Of a stretch of DNA of 64,000 nt, positions 49,061 to 57,754 are shown piece after piece (the stretch's first letter is position 1; each line of letters opens with the position of its first letter). Both the position numbers and the translations under genes were made by a program. Origin of the DNA: a virus (taxonomy: Duplodnaviria > Heunggongvirae > Uroviricota > Caudoviricetes); the IMG/VR virus record IMGVR_UViG_3300009093_000040. One strand, written 5' to 3'. A model generated the notes under the pieces. It searched no databases. It saw only the letters and a list, made by a program, of their open reading frames with translations, and had not been told where the DNA came from.

Positions 49061-49813
49061 TTATTTAACGATTACTTCACAATATATACCCTTCATTTGT
49101 AAATAAATTCTTGCTAAAGCAACAATATCTTTTTCGCAATAAATTACAATACGAGGCAAATCTTTTTCTATCCAATAGATATTTTTAACTTCTGATCCGT
49201 CAATATCATCTTTACTGGATGGTATATCGAATAAAGCAGTAAGTGTGTCAAGACTTGTTGCATTATCTTTTACACCAAAACACCAAACCTCCTTCGTATC
49301 AATGATGTAATTTAATTCCCATGGTTTAAGATGAGCAAAATCAAACATTCTCGGAAGAGGTAGTTTGTTTATGATGATGCGTTTAGTTATAAAAGGTACA
49401 TCAAAAACTTTAGCGTTGTGGGCACACCAATGTTGAAGAGGAGTTGTAGAATCTGTCATCTTCTCTGTACCTTTAAGAAACTTCTGAAGTAAAACCTTTT
49501 CATCGTCATCATAATAGGTTACTTTTTTCATCTCATAATCAGGACTATCAGGAATTTTAACCAACATACCCATTGATATACAAAGGATACGTCCCCATTC
49601 TGAAAATAAAGGTGCCTTGGTGTTGTAAATTTCCTCATATGCAAGTTGTACCTCATATGAAGGTGCATTCATATCAACATCGGAAAAATCTTTCTTAAAT
49701 CGCTTTTTAAACAGTTTTTGAAATCTTTCCGGCATTGCTGCAAATGTAGGATATTGAGATGTTGTTTCAATATCAAAAAATACAATTTTGTCTACTGGTT
49801 TGGTATCTAACAT
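49061..49813 (-). CDS. DEDD-family 3'-5' exonuclease (DnaQ/PolB-exo-like)
   Basis: Exo I 'FFDIETT', Exo II 'HNAKVFDVPFI', Exo III 'YCEKDIVALARIY'. Confidence 0.6.
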   Translation of the reverse strand: MLDTKPVDKIVFFDIETTSQYPTFAAMPERFQKLFKKRFKKDFSDVDMNAPSYEVQLAYEEIYNTKAPLFSEWGRILCISMGMLVKIPDSPDYEMKKVTYYDDDEKVLLQKFLKGTEKMTDSTTPLQHWCAHNAKVFDVPFITKRIIINKLPLPRMFDFAHLKPWELNYIIDTKEVWCFGVKDNATSLDTLTALFDIPSSKDDIDGSEVKNIYWIEKDLPRIVIYCEKDIVALARIYLQMKGIYCEVIVK

Positions 49814-49819
49814 GTTATT

Positions 49820-51037
49820 TTATTTTAATGATTCTGCTTGTTTATTCAACCAAGTTGAGTAAGCAGTATGTTGTTTAGAAATAGTTTCTAATAGAAGTTT
49901 GCCGGCTTCTGTTGTTAATTCAGGAAGCTTTAACGCTTGCAAAGTATTTGCAAAAGCAACTATCTTTTCTTTATCCGGTTTTAATTGCTCCAGACGCTCT
50001 GCTTCTTCTTTTGCTTTTTTATCTGCGGCGGCTTTATCATCTGCTGCTTTTTTAACAGCAGCATCTTCAGCAATTTTAAGATCAGTAAGACGTTTCTTTT
50101 CTAACTCTTCTTTTTTAGCACCGATAATTTTAGTTGTTTTTTCAACTGTAGTTTGAAAATCTTCATCAGAAGAATCTTTTAAAGCAGCTTCAGTAATAGC
50201 TATATCATGAAAAGCATACTTATCTACAGTTAGTGCCATTCCTAAACTAAACAACACAGAAGCTCTTTGTTTATTTCTAGCTTCAATTTGTTGTAATTTT
50301 TCTGCTTGTAAAGCATCACGTTCTTCTTTAAGTTTCTTGGCAGCAGCTTCTGCAGCTAATTTATTTGCTTTTTCTGTAGCTTCTAATGCAAGTTGTTTTT
50401 CCTGAATTTCTTTTTGTTTAGCTGCTAAATCTAATTGTTCTTGTTTAAGTTTTTCAGCAGCTTGCTTTCTTTCAAGCTCTTCCTGATCTTTACGAGCTTT
50501 TTCTTTTTCAAATTCTACCTTAGCTTTTTCTGCAAAAATATTAAAGGTAAAATCATCCCACACTTTCATCTCAGCAAGACTGATAGCAATATCAGCGATA
50601 GAATATTTATCACCATTAAAAGCTAATCCATATCCAATTAAAAGATTCGTACGCTCATGCATTACAGCCTGCTGTTTTTGCTCTCTTTCTTCCTTGATGC
50701 GCTTCTTTTCATTTTCAATTTTATCTTCTTCAGCACTAAGGTAAGTTTCAATTGGTTCAAGCAATGCTGTTAATCTTTTAGCTTCGTTGTCAACCATTTT
50801 ACCGAATTTCAAAGAATCTTCTTTTAAATCCTTACGAGTTTTTTCAATTTCAATGCGTTTGTTTTTTACAACAATTCTGGCATCATGCACTTGTTTTAAA
50901 CCTTCTCGGTCATTCACATCTGCAACGGTTAATTGCCCGAATTCCTCCTTCATTTTTTCAATGACAGAATCTGCAATATTAAATTTAGCAAGTTCTGCTT
51001 TGTAAGGGTTTTCTGTTTTTTCTAAAGCTCTGTTCAT
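49820..51037 (-). CDS. Coiled-coil K/E/A-rich protein with internal duplicated about 35-aa module
   Basis: 'NLLIGYGLAFNGDKYSIADIAISLAEMKVWDDF' and 'SVLFSLGMALTVDKYAFHDIAITEAALKDSSDEDF' repeat. Confidence 0.4.
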   Translation of the reverse strand: MNRALEKTENPYKAELAKFNIADSVIEKMKEEFGQLTVADVNDREGLKQVHDARIVVKNKRIEIEKTRKDLKEDSLKFGKMVDNEAKRLTALLEPIETYLSAEEDKIENEKKRIKEEREQKQQAVMHERTNLLIGYGLAFNGDKYSIADIAISLAEMKVWDDFTFNIFAEKAKVEFEKEKARKDQEELERKQAAEKLKQEQLDLAAKQKEIQEKQLALEATEKANKLAAEAAAKKLKEERDALQAEKLQQIEARNKQRASVLFSLGMALTVDKYAFHDIAITEAALKDSSDEDFQTTVEKTTKIIGAKKEELEKKRLTDLKIAEDAAVKKAADDKAAADKKAKEEAERLEQLKPDKEKIVAFANTLQALKLPELTTEAGKLLLETISKQHTAYSTWLNKQAESLK

Positions 51038-51040
51038 GTT

Positions 51041-51622
51041 TTAGTGTTTTAAATATTTGAAAAATTTTATCATAGTTTGCAAGGGTAAACCACTAGCAAT
51101 AAAGTCTACATTTTCTTTGTTTGCTAATTGTTGAGTGTAAACATCAGGAATATCATTTTTAAAAGTGATTGAATGCTTTGTTCCTTCTTTATCTAAATAA
51201 TGTTCTGTTCTATAAACATTGATTTCTGTTTCTATTTTCTTATACGAAAATTCAACATGCACACTGGCTTCTGTTGTTGCAGGATAAGTTTTAACCATTT
51301 TTAATTCCATAACTGGAATCATAAACTGGTCCTTCTTTACCTGATACAATTCTTTATAGTTAGACTTACGTTCCCATTTATAAAGAGCTCTTTCTGCACT
51401 AACAACAGAATAATCCATATTAACAAACTCCAAATAAACATCGTCACCTTTACTTACTTCACTCTCATATAGACCTATATATTTGCTTTGATCAGTGCTT
51501 CCGGGAAGAGTGTGGGCATGTTTAGCTGCGAAATATGGATTAACCAAATTCAATTCTGCAAACGTTCCCTCATGGAATTTACGCAAATCTCCTATCTTGG
51601 TTTTTCTTTCGTTGGAATCCAT
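51041..51622 (-). CDS. Hypothetical protein (193 aa)
   Basis: Non-repetitive ORF. Confidence 0.4.
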   Translation of the reverse strand: MDSNERKTKIGDLRKFHEGTFAELNLVNPYFAAKHAHTLPGSTDQSKYIGLYESEVSKGDDVYLEFVNMDYSVVSAERALYKWERKSNYKELYQVKKDQFMIPVMELKMVKTYPATTEASVHVEFSYKKIETEINVYRTEHYLDKEGTKHSITFKNDIPDVYTQQLANKENVDFIASGLPLQTMIKFFKYLKH

Positions 51623-52044
51623 TATTGTTTGATTTCATTTGTGCGTAAAACTTCAGCCCATCCTTTTTTCCAAGTGTATTCCGCTGGAGAAAATAATTGT
51701 TCACCTTCTTTTTCCAGTTTCACCATCAATACACCACGCTCAATAATAACAGGTTCTGCTCCTTCTTTTTTATCGGTGCATTCGCAAACCATGATATCTT
51801 GATGGCAATTTTTCTTTTCATTTTTAACTGCAAATTTATAAAGAACTTTTCCTTTATCTTTAATGTAGGTCACAATTGATGAACCGGGAGCACCTGTTTC
51901 TTCGCGTTCAAATTCAATTACATCTCCTTCTTTGATGTTTAAGGTTTCCGCTGGAAAACCTTTGGCTTCACAGGCTGTCGCTAACACTTCACTGTCATGT
52001 ACAGTTCGGCAGATGTCGCATAGATATTTTGTTATTGTTTTCAT
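51622..52044 (-). CDS. Hypothetical protein (140 aa)
   Basis: Non-repetitive ORF; ATGA overlap. Confidence 0.4.
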   Translation of the reverse strand: MKTITKYLCDICRTVHDSEVLATACEAKGFPAETLNIKEGDVIEFEREETGAPGSSIVTYIKDKGKVLYKFAVKNEKKNCHQDIMVCECTDKKEGAEPVIIERGVLMVKLEKEGEQLFSPAEYTWKKGWAEVLRTNEIKQ

Positions 52045-52055
52045 ATGATTGGGTT

Positions 52056-53087
52056 TTAATTGTTTCTGTCTTCACCTTTTTTCTGAGCCATTGGAGGATG
52101 CTCTACTTCGTGTATATTCATTTTCTCATCAGCTCTAAAAAAACTTAATCTGGAATCACCATTACGAGCTTTCAAAAAATGTAGAGCTAATAAGAATGGA
52201 TCTTCCTGAACGATATAGCGATTAGGTCCATAAAAACGGATGTTTTTCAAACTAGGTCGATTAATGATAGCTACAATGTCTCCATGTTGATACATGGCAT
52301 CGCTACCGAATAAATCAGAACTGGTTGGGTAGTTACCGATTTTTGCATCTTCATTACGCTCAGGGCGATCTATATCCCTGTTAAGCTGACTAAGCACAAT
52401 AAATATACAGTAATATTTCCTTTTAAGATAAGTTACGGCTTTTCCTAAATTGGAAATCATTTCTTCTTCACTACCTTCAAAAGGTGAACGTTTAAATAAA
52501 CGAGTGTGGTCTATACCAATCATCACTTTTGGATAAACTGTAATCATTATATCATTACCTTTTTCATCCTTACCCGGAACTTCTTTTTTATGAAACTCCA
52601 TATATTCTTCAACGATTTCTATAAACTCGTTTATTGTGCAGGCATCTTCAACTACATCAATATTATTTTCTTTATCTTTTGCTTTTTGATTAAGATAATT
52701 ATAACACCTGTTTAAAATATCTATAGCTAATGGATTACCGGCACTACATAATTCTTTATAGGTTTTACCTGTCTCTGCACAAAGCTCACGAATCAAAGTA
52801 ACGATCATCAACATCTCAAAACTAAAATCAAGAACCCTGAATTCTTCTATAGGATTTAATGCTCTAGCACTGTTAACGATTTTATCTTTAAATGTGGTTT
52901 TATATGCACCCGGTCTTCCACCAATGATTAATGTAGTGCCCCATTCTATACCATCGGTACCAGCATCATTAAAACGCTCCCATGGTGTTTTCATAGAACG
53001 GATTGAACCATTCATTCTACCTTTAAGATACTCAAGTGTTTTAACGTAATAGGCACTACGAGGCTTCCACCTTTTTACTTCTTGCAT
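52056..53087 (-). CDS. DnaB-family replicative helicase (RecA-fold domain)
   Basis: 'FNDAGTDGIEWGTTLIIGGRPGAYKTTF' Walker A in a DnaB-like context; 'LDFSFEM' H1a-like motif. Confidence 0.6.
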   Translation of the reverse strand: MQEVKRWKPRSAYYVKTLEYLKGRMNGSIRSMKTPWERFNDAGTDGIEWGTTLIIGGRPGAYKTTFKDKIVNSARALNPIEEFRVLDFSFEMLMIVTLIRELCAETGKTYKELCSAGNPLAIDILNRCYNYLNQKAKDKENNIDVVEDACTINEFIEIVEEYMEFHKKEVPGKDEKGNDIMITVYPKVMIGIDHTRLFKRSPFEGSEEEMISNLGKAVTYLKRKYYCIFIVLSQLNRDIDRPERNEDAKIGNYPTSSDLFGSDAMYQHGDIVAIINRPSLKNIRFYGPNRYIVQEDPFLLALHFLKARNGDSRLSFFRADEKMNIHEVEHPPMAQKKGEDRNN

Positions 53088-53169
53088 ACAGAATCTATTG
53101 AATTTACTGTTGTATTTGGTTCCTTCCGATGCGAATATATGAAGAATAATTTATTCGACAAATAAAAAA

Positions 53170-53340
53170 TCAACCTCGTCGAGCTGCTGTATCGATGATA
53201 ACAGTGGCTACCATAAAGATGCCCTCTATTATCAGGTATTTCCAAATAGGCATCGGTATCAAAAACTTATCAACCAGCGCGTAAGAAACCAGAGTTAATA
53301 AAATACTTAGAATTATAACCTTTATTGCTGTTTTTTTCAT
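53170..53340 (-). CDS. Small membrane protein (about 56 aa), not in the supplied track
   Basis: Hand translation 'MKKTAIKVIILSILLTLVSYALVDKFLIPMPIWKYLIIEGIFMVATVIIDTAARRG'; TAATG overlap with the upstream gene. Confidence 0.2.
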   Translation of the reverse strand: MKKTAIKVIILSILLTLVSYALVDKFLIPMPIWKYLIIEGIFMVATVIIDTAARRG

Positions 53341-53945
53341 TATACTACTTTTTCTTTAAAGTGAGTTGATTCCTGAGAGTTGTCACCATTTTTTAGTTGA
53401 TTGCAATAAGTCGCTAAATCTGATGTCCAAGATCTATCAGTTAACTGCTTACGAACGAAATATTGAGAGGTACGCATATACAACCAATCTTTTACTTCAT
53501 ACTCGTAAATGTAATTCGCTGTCGCTTTCAGGATAGTATCCCAATCGAATTGCGGATGGGTTTGAAAGAACCACTTAAACGCTGATACCAATTCACCTTC
53601 ATTGCTGCGGGCATACTTCCCGGTTGGAAGTTTTATGGCAGGAAATAAAGTCACGAATTCTTTTACCTTGTTTAAATCAATAATAATTTCTTCCTTTTTA
53701 ACTTTAGCTAGTTTGAATAAAGCGTCTACCTTTTTTGCAAGCTCTTTGAATTTTTGGGTAGGTTTAAATTCATCATCCAGCCATCCTGCTTTTTGATAGA
53801 TGATTACGTAATCTGAGGTTTGATCAGTATGTGCTTTACCTTCTTCTATAGAGTAAAATTGATAGAACCCATATAGGTTAAAATTACTTTCAGAAATTAT
53901 ATCACACATCAATTGAAAACCTGTTTTTTTAAGTTGCTTTTTCAT
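53340..53945 (-). CDS. Hypothetical protein (201 aa), possible replication accessory
   Basis: Non-repetitive ORF adjacent to the helicase. Confidence 0.4.
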   Translation of the reverse strand: MKKQLKKTGFQLMCDIISESNFNLYGFYQFYSIEEGKAHTDQTSDYVIIYQKAGWLDDEFKPTQKFKELAKKVDALFKLAKVKKEEIIIDLNKVKEFVTLFPAIKLPTGKYARSNEGELVSAFKWFFQTHPQFDWDTILKATANYIYEYEVKDWLYMRTSQYFVRKQLTDRSWTSDLATYCNQLKNGDNSQESTHFKEKVV

Positions 53946-53959
53946 TTTTAGTTATTTAT

Positions 53960-54120
53960 ATTTTAAACTAGCTATATCTTTAAATTCAAGAAAATCATTA
54001 GTTAGTCCTGCTTCCATCGCTGGAGTTACTCTTATTTTAGAATGTATTCTATAAAAATTATAATATATGAAATAGAGTGCTAAAGCGCAGTGATGATTTT
54101 TTATTTTCTTCATATAATCT
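53960..54120 (-). mobile_element. Remnant of a second copy of the IS1-family element 3' end (degenerate transposase C-terminus)
   Basis: Minus-strand translation 'KKIKNHHCALALYFIYYNFYRIHSKIRVTPAMEAGLTNDFLEFKDIASLKYK*' aligns to the C-terminus of the intact transposase, 'RKIENHIFAIALHFVYYNFCRIHSTIRVTPAMEAGLTKDFLELKDIVDLSTNF*'. Confidence 0.55.
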
Positions 54121-54375
54121 TTTGTTTAATCTACTGGTTATATAATCTGTAATTGTATGTGCTATAAATGTTACCAATGTAAACGTTATAGCTCCATCCA
54201 AACCAATCAGAAAAACCATTAATATAAAAAAGCATAAGCTATATTCACTTGTATGAATAAGTAATGCTTGCATACTTGTGCTTTTCTTTTCTCCTAGATT
54301 TCCAATTTGTTGTAATACAAAATCAGCTATCCAATGAACTATTACGAATAATAGTATTTCCGTTAGTGTTATCAT
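54058..54375 (-). CDS. Hypothetical small membrane protein; possibly a spurious or chimeric ORF over the IS remnant
   Basis: 105-aa hydrophobic ORF; its 3' end overlaps, out of frame, the IS 3'-end remnant. Confidence 0.25.
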   Translation of the reverse strand: MITLTEILLFVIVHWIADFVLQQIGNLGEKKSTSMQALLIHTSEYSLCFFILMVFLIGLDGAITFTLVTFIAHTITDYITSRLNKRLYEENKKSSLRFSTLFHIL

Positions 54376-54379
54376 TTTT

Positions 54380-55300
54380 GGGTCCTTTGATACTTTGAAT
54401 GTTAAAAATTAGTAGACAAATCTACAATATCCTTTAACTCTAAAAAATCTTTTGTTAAACCCGCTTCCATGGCAGGAGTGACGCGGATAGTAGAGTGTAT
54501 TCTACAAAAGTTATAGTAAACAAAATGCAGGGCTATCGCAAAAATATGGTTTTCTATTTTTCTTGAGAATGCATCCGTTCGGCGCGTAAATCTTCTCATG
54601 CACATCCGCATGGTCAGGTTTTGGCGCTCTATTAGACTGGTAGAAATATGTTGTGGATCAGGTTTACCAAAGCGTACCCTTGTGTATATGCCCACTTTCG
54701 TTCCCATATTATATTTTCTAGTGGTCTTACGCTTACCATAATTTTCCTTGTAGTCTTTGACTATTTGCCCATAGTCTGCTCTACCATCAAAATACCTCTC
54801 AACGGCTTCAGGATAAGATTTAAACCCATCGGTAGTAATTTGTACATGACTATCAATTCTGCTTGCCATATCCCTTATAAACCTATCTGCTGAGCGGTCA
54901 TCCCTAGTTCCAACGAACCAAGAAACAACTAACTTAGTATCTGGGTCCATGGCAACCCATACCCAGACATCACCCATTATATCTCGCTGATTAGTTGAAG
55001 TTCTGCTCTTACTGTAAACAAAACTCCATATTTCATCGCATTGCACCCTTTTACACTGTAGGTTTTTTACGGTTTTGTTGTGGTAATTCATACACGCTAA
55101 TCCTGTTTTTACAAGTAATCTCATAACTGTAGTTATGGATACGTCAGCAATTCTGGAAGTAGAACTTAAACTGTTTCCTTCCACCAGCAGATTGATTATC
55201 TGCGCTCTCTTCTCCATCGGTAAACGATTCATTTTCATGAATGGTGCAAGGGAAAAGGAGTTGCCGGTTTAGCTTGGTATTATACGTGAGAACCTTAAAA
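54380..55300 (-). mobile_element. IS1-family insertion sequence (boundaries approximate; inverted repeats not resolved by eye)
   Basis: Contains the single-ORF transposase below; inserted between replication-module genes and a + strand gene set. Confidence 0.55.
54402..55238 (-). CDS. IS1-family transposase (single-ORF HTH + DDE)
   Basis: N-terminal HTH 'EKRAQIINLLVEGNSLSSTSRIADVSITTVMRLL'; 'QCDEIWSFV', 'ITTDGFKSY' and 'LIERQNLTMR' parallel IS1 InsB 'CDEMWGYV', 'TDGWPLY' and 'ERHNLNLR'. Confidence 0.75.
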   Translation of the reverse strand: MKMNRLPMEKRAQIINLLVEGNSLSSTSRIADVSITTVMRLLVKTGLACMNYHNKTVKNLQCKRVQCDEIWSFVYSKSRTSTNQRDIMGDVWVWVAMDPDTKLVVSWFVGTRDDRSADRFIRDMASRIDSHVQITTDGFKSYPEAVERYFDGRADYGQIVKDYKENYGKRKTTRKYNMGTKVGIYTRVRFGKPDPQHISTSLIERQNLTMRMCMRRFTRRTDAFSRKIENHIFAIALHFVYYNFCRIHSTIRVTPAMEAGLTKDFLELKDIVDLSTNF

Positions 55301-55557
55301 AAGTTGCAAAAATTTCATATATTTGTTATAGTATTTTACAGGCGTTAGTTGTGCTTGGTGATGAAAACTGCGAATCTTCACACACCCAAAGTAAACCCGA
55401 CTAGCTTTCTGTCCTGTGCCCGAACGGGCGTGGACGTTAGTTTATTTGGTTTACGGGTTCTTCGCAGTACCCCATCACGAGTAAAGCTATTGGTTCCACG
55501 CCCTAGTCATTCATAACCGCTTCATTGGAACTCGAAGCATAAAAAACCTCGAGCCCA

Positions 55558-56118
55558 ATGAAAAAGTATGCAACACTTATCGGTTTGGTTTTCCTGATCG
55601 GATGTACCAAATCAAATCAAAAAACAACGAGCACAACTCCACCAAACACAAACAGTAACACACCGGCAGCAGTAACTGCTTTATGCGGTGTGTGGCATCT
55701 CGATTCCATGAGACAATTTCGAGCTAACGTAAGCGGATATCCTCTAACGGATACTCTTCTAGGCGCATCTCAATATTATACTGTAGCTACATCAACTTTA
55801 TCTTTTCAGAGTACTACGACTTCTTACACTACAGGAGGGCAAACAATTTCAGGATATGCTTATGCTGCAGGCAACACAGGTTCTCCGTCTCAATACTACA
55901 CTTCCGGAATAACTGAAGTGTGGAACATATCAGGAGATACTTTGTATTTACCTACCACAAATCATCCGAATACATGCACAGAATACTGGACTGTGCTATC
56001 ACAGACTCCGCATTTTCTTTGCATCACGAATCGGGTTTGGGGAGCGCATTGTGCATCCGGTGCACAGGGTCCTAGCTATTACGAATGGGATTTCCAAAAG
56101 TGGTATTATCATAAATAG
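55558..56118 (+). CDS. Thr/Ser-rich lipoprotein, compositionally GC-richer than its surroundings
   Basis: 'LVFLIGCTKS' lipobox; T/S/N-rich mature region; visibly higher GC than the flanking phage genes. Confidence 0.45.
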   Translation: MKKYATLIGLVFLIGCTKSNQKTTSTTPPNTNSNTPAAVTALCGVWHLDSMRQFRANVSGYPLTDTLLGASQYYTVATSTLSFQSTTTSYTTGGQTISGYAYAAGNTGSPSQYYTSGITEVWNISGDTLYLPTTNHPNTCTEYWTVLSQTPHFLCITNRVWGAHCASGAQGPSYYEWDFQKWYYHK

Positions 56119-56120
56119 TT

Positions 56121-56468
56121 GTGTATCGTTTATATAAACTCACAACTGTACTTGAATTTGGCAAATACAAGGATTATGAGATACAAGAAGTTCTTAAAGA
56201 AGAACCTTGGTATATTGAGTGGTGTGTATCCAATATTCCTGAATTCATTATAGATTCGGAGTTAATCAGAACATTTAAAAATTTTCATCCGCTGTATAAA
56301 TTAAACAAAGACTTTATACAAAAATTAGATGATAAATTTGAAAATTTTACAGATTGGGAAGAACAATGGATGGATGCTCAAATTGATTTTGAGGCTGATA
56401 AATTTTATCGCGATAGTTATGGAGATGCTTTCGAAAATGATCCTGAAAATTATTGGAATGTAGACTGA
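56121..56468 (+). CDS. Hypothetical protein (115 aa)
   Basis: ORF 2 nt after the upstream stop. Confidence 0.4.
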   Translation: MYRLYKLTTVLEFGKYKDYEIQEVLKEEPWYIEWCVSNIPEFIIDSELIRTFKNFHPLYKLNKDFIQKLDDKFENFTDWEEQWMDAQIDFEADKFYRDSYGDAFENDPENYWNVD

Positions 56469-56504
56469 TTTAAGTAATTAATTTTTGTTGATTTTGTTTC
56501 TCTG

Positions 56505-56529
56505 TATTACTTTAGCATACTAAGTAATA
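56505..56529 (+). other. Hairpin (9-bp stem) in the intergenic region
   Basis: 'tattacttt agcatac taagtaata' inverted repeat. Confidence 0.2.
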
Positions 56530-56533
56530 GTGT

Positions 56534-56872
56534 ATGCAAAGTTTAAAGGAGAGGTTTATTTTATTTATAGAGAACAAACATGGTAAGTTAAATTTACCAT
56601 ATTACCTTGATGCTTGTTTGGATGCAGCTATTGTTCAGCCTCAGTTCCAACTATCAACTCAAACTTCAGATGAGGAGAAAATATTTCCTTATATTTTTCA
56701 AAAATGGCAGGACAACTTAGAAATGCTGCGAAAATCGCACCACGAAAATGACTCTGTAGTTGCCTCTCGATATCTAACAGTTCATTTTCAAGAAAATTAC
56801 AAGATTCCGTATTCCGACATTCTGAAGTATCAAAAACTATTGGAATCTCTAAAGATTTTATGTGAATTTTAA
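56534..56872 (+). CDS. Hypothetical protein (112 aa)
   Basis: Non-repetitive ORF; the antisense 121-aa ORF was rejected. Confidence 0.4.
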   Translation: MQSLKERFILFIENKHGKLNLPYYLDACLDAAIVQPQFQLSTQTSDEEKIFPYIFQKWQDNLEMLRKSHHENDSVVASRYLTVHFQENYKIPYSDILKYQKLLESLKILCEF

Positions 56873-56898
56873 TTATTATTGGATGCATTATATTAAAA

Positions 56899-56930
56899 AG
56901 TAAAAAATCCCCAGAGCGAGGATTTTGGTT
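56899..56930. terminator. Bidirectional intrinsic terminator-like hairpin
   Basis: 'aaaatcccc agagc gaggatttt' hairpin flanked by T-runs, stronger on the minus strand; separates convergent genes. Confidence 0.4.
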
Positions 56931-56950
56931 AAACGATAAGTTAATTGATT

Positions 56951-57060
56951 TATTTCTTCTTTTTATCAGAAGGAGCTTTGATACCAGTAGCAATATCTAC
57001 GATTAGCTTGGCTAACTGGTTAGCATCCTTTGGACGTTTTGTAGGTTTTTTCTTGCCCAT
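56951..57060 (-). CDS. Small basic protein (about 36 aa), not in the supplied track
   Basis: Hand translation 'MGKKKPTKRPKDANQLAKLIVDIATGIKAPSDKKKK'. Confidence 0.2.
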
Positions 57061-57174
57061 ATATAAATTTAAGTATTTTTAGGGTTGTAATTAATTTTTA
57101 ACATTGAAAGTGGCAAAGCGCCCATTTTTGTGTTTTTTATTTGCTAAATTATTAAATATTGACTATATTATATT

Positions 57175-57438
57175 ATGATAGAAAAGATCAGAAGCTACAT
57201 CGGACAATCCCCTAACCATAAACTACTGGGTATAGGACTTTTTTGGTTGATATCTTATATCACTATAAAACATACAGATGCTACTAACCTACCTTATATT
57301 TTAACTATCTTGATGCCCGGACTAATTGCTTCAGCTGGAGTGCATGGGTACTTTAACATGAAACAGAATCAACTCGATAACCAAAACCAACCTGATAATG
57401 CTACAAACAATTCATCTTCTACTAACAAAACTCAGTAA
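57175..57438 (+). CDS. Small two-TM membrane protein (holin-like topology)
   Basis: 'LGIGLFWLISYITI' and 'ILTILMPGLIASAGV' helices plus a polar C-terminal tail. Confidence 0.35.
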   Translation: MIEKIRSYIGQSPNHKLLGIGLFWLISYITIKHTDATNLPYILTILMPGLIASAGVHGYFNMKQNQLDNQNQPDNATNNSSSTNKTQ

Positions 57439-57754
57439 GTATCCGTGGCTCTTAGCAGTCATCGACACAATCATCATAATTGCACTTTGTGCTTTTATTA
57501 TTTTTCGTAAACCAGCACCCACAATTCCTGTAAAGGATAATGAAAAAGAGTGGCGAGATTCAATAAAAATACTAAGTGCAAAATATGACAGTGTACAAGT
57601 TAAAATAAATAAACTTAACTTGCTGAACGATTCCTTAGTTAACGTAAAAACCAACATCAAAATAGTATATGAAAAAAAGATTCAATATATCGATCACGCA
57701 CCTATCGATACTGTTTATGCTTTTGTTCTCAAAGAACTTAACAGCACAAAATAA
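57398..57754 (+). CDS. N-terminal-TM plus coiled-coil protein (i-spanin-like topology)
   Basis: 'WLLAVIDTIIIIALCAFIIF' TM followed by a coiled-coil-prone region; overlaps both neighbours. Confidence 0.3.
   Translation: MLQTIHLLLTKLSKYPWLLAVIDTIIIIALCAFIIFRKPAPTIPVKDNEKEWRDSIKILSAKYDSVQVKINKLNLLNDSLVNVKTNIKIVYEKKIQYIDHAPIDTVYAFVLKELNSTK

Noticed and set aside
54380-55300. Precise IS boundaries and terminal inverted repeats
   Set aside because: Candidate IS1-like 'ggtgatg...' at about 55369 has no convincing inverted partner near 54380; the boundaries given are approximate only
55340-55557. tRNA or tmRNA in the GC-rich intergenic stretch
   Set aside because: No cloverleaf with a GTTC-type T-loop and a 7-bp acceptor stem could be built by eye; left as an unclassified structured region pending Infernal or tRNAscan
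57061-57174. Bacteroidetes-type TAnnTTTG promoter upstream of the 57175 gene and of several minus-strand genes
   Set aside because: Only partial matches such as 'TATTTG' and 'TAATTTG' were found; not convincing without a position-weight scan
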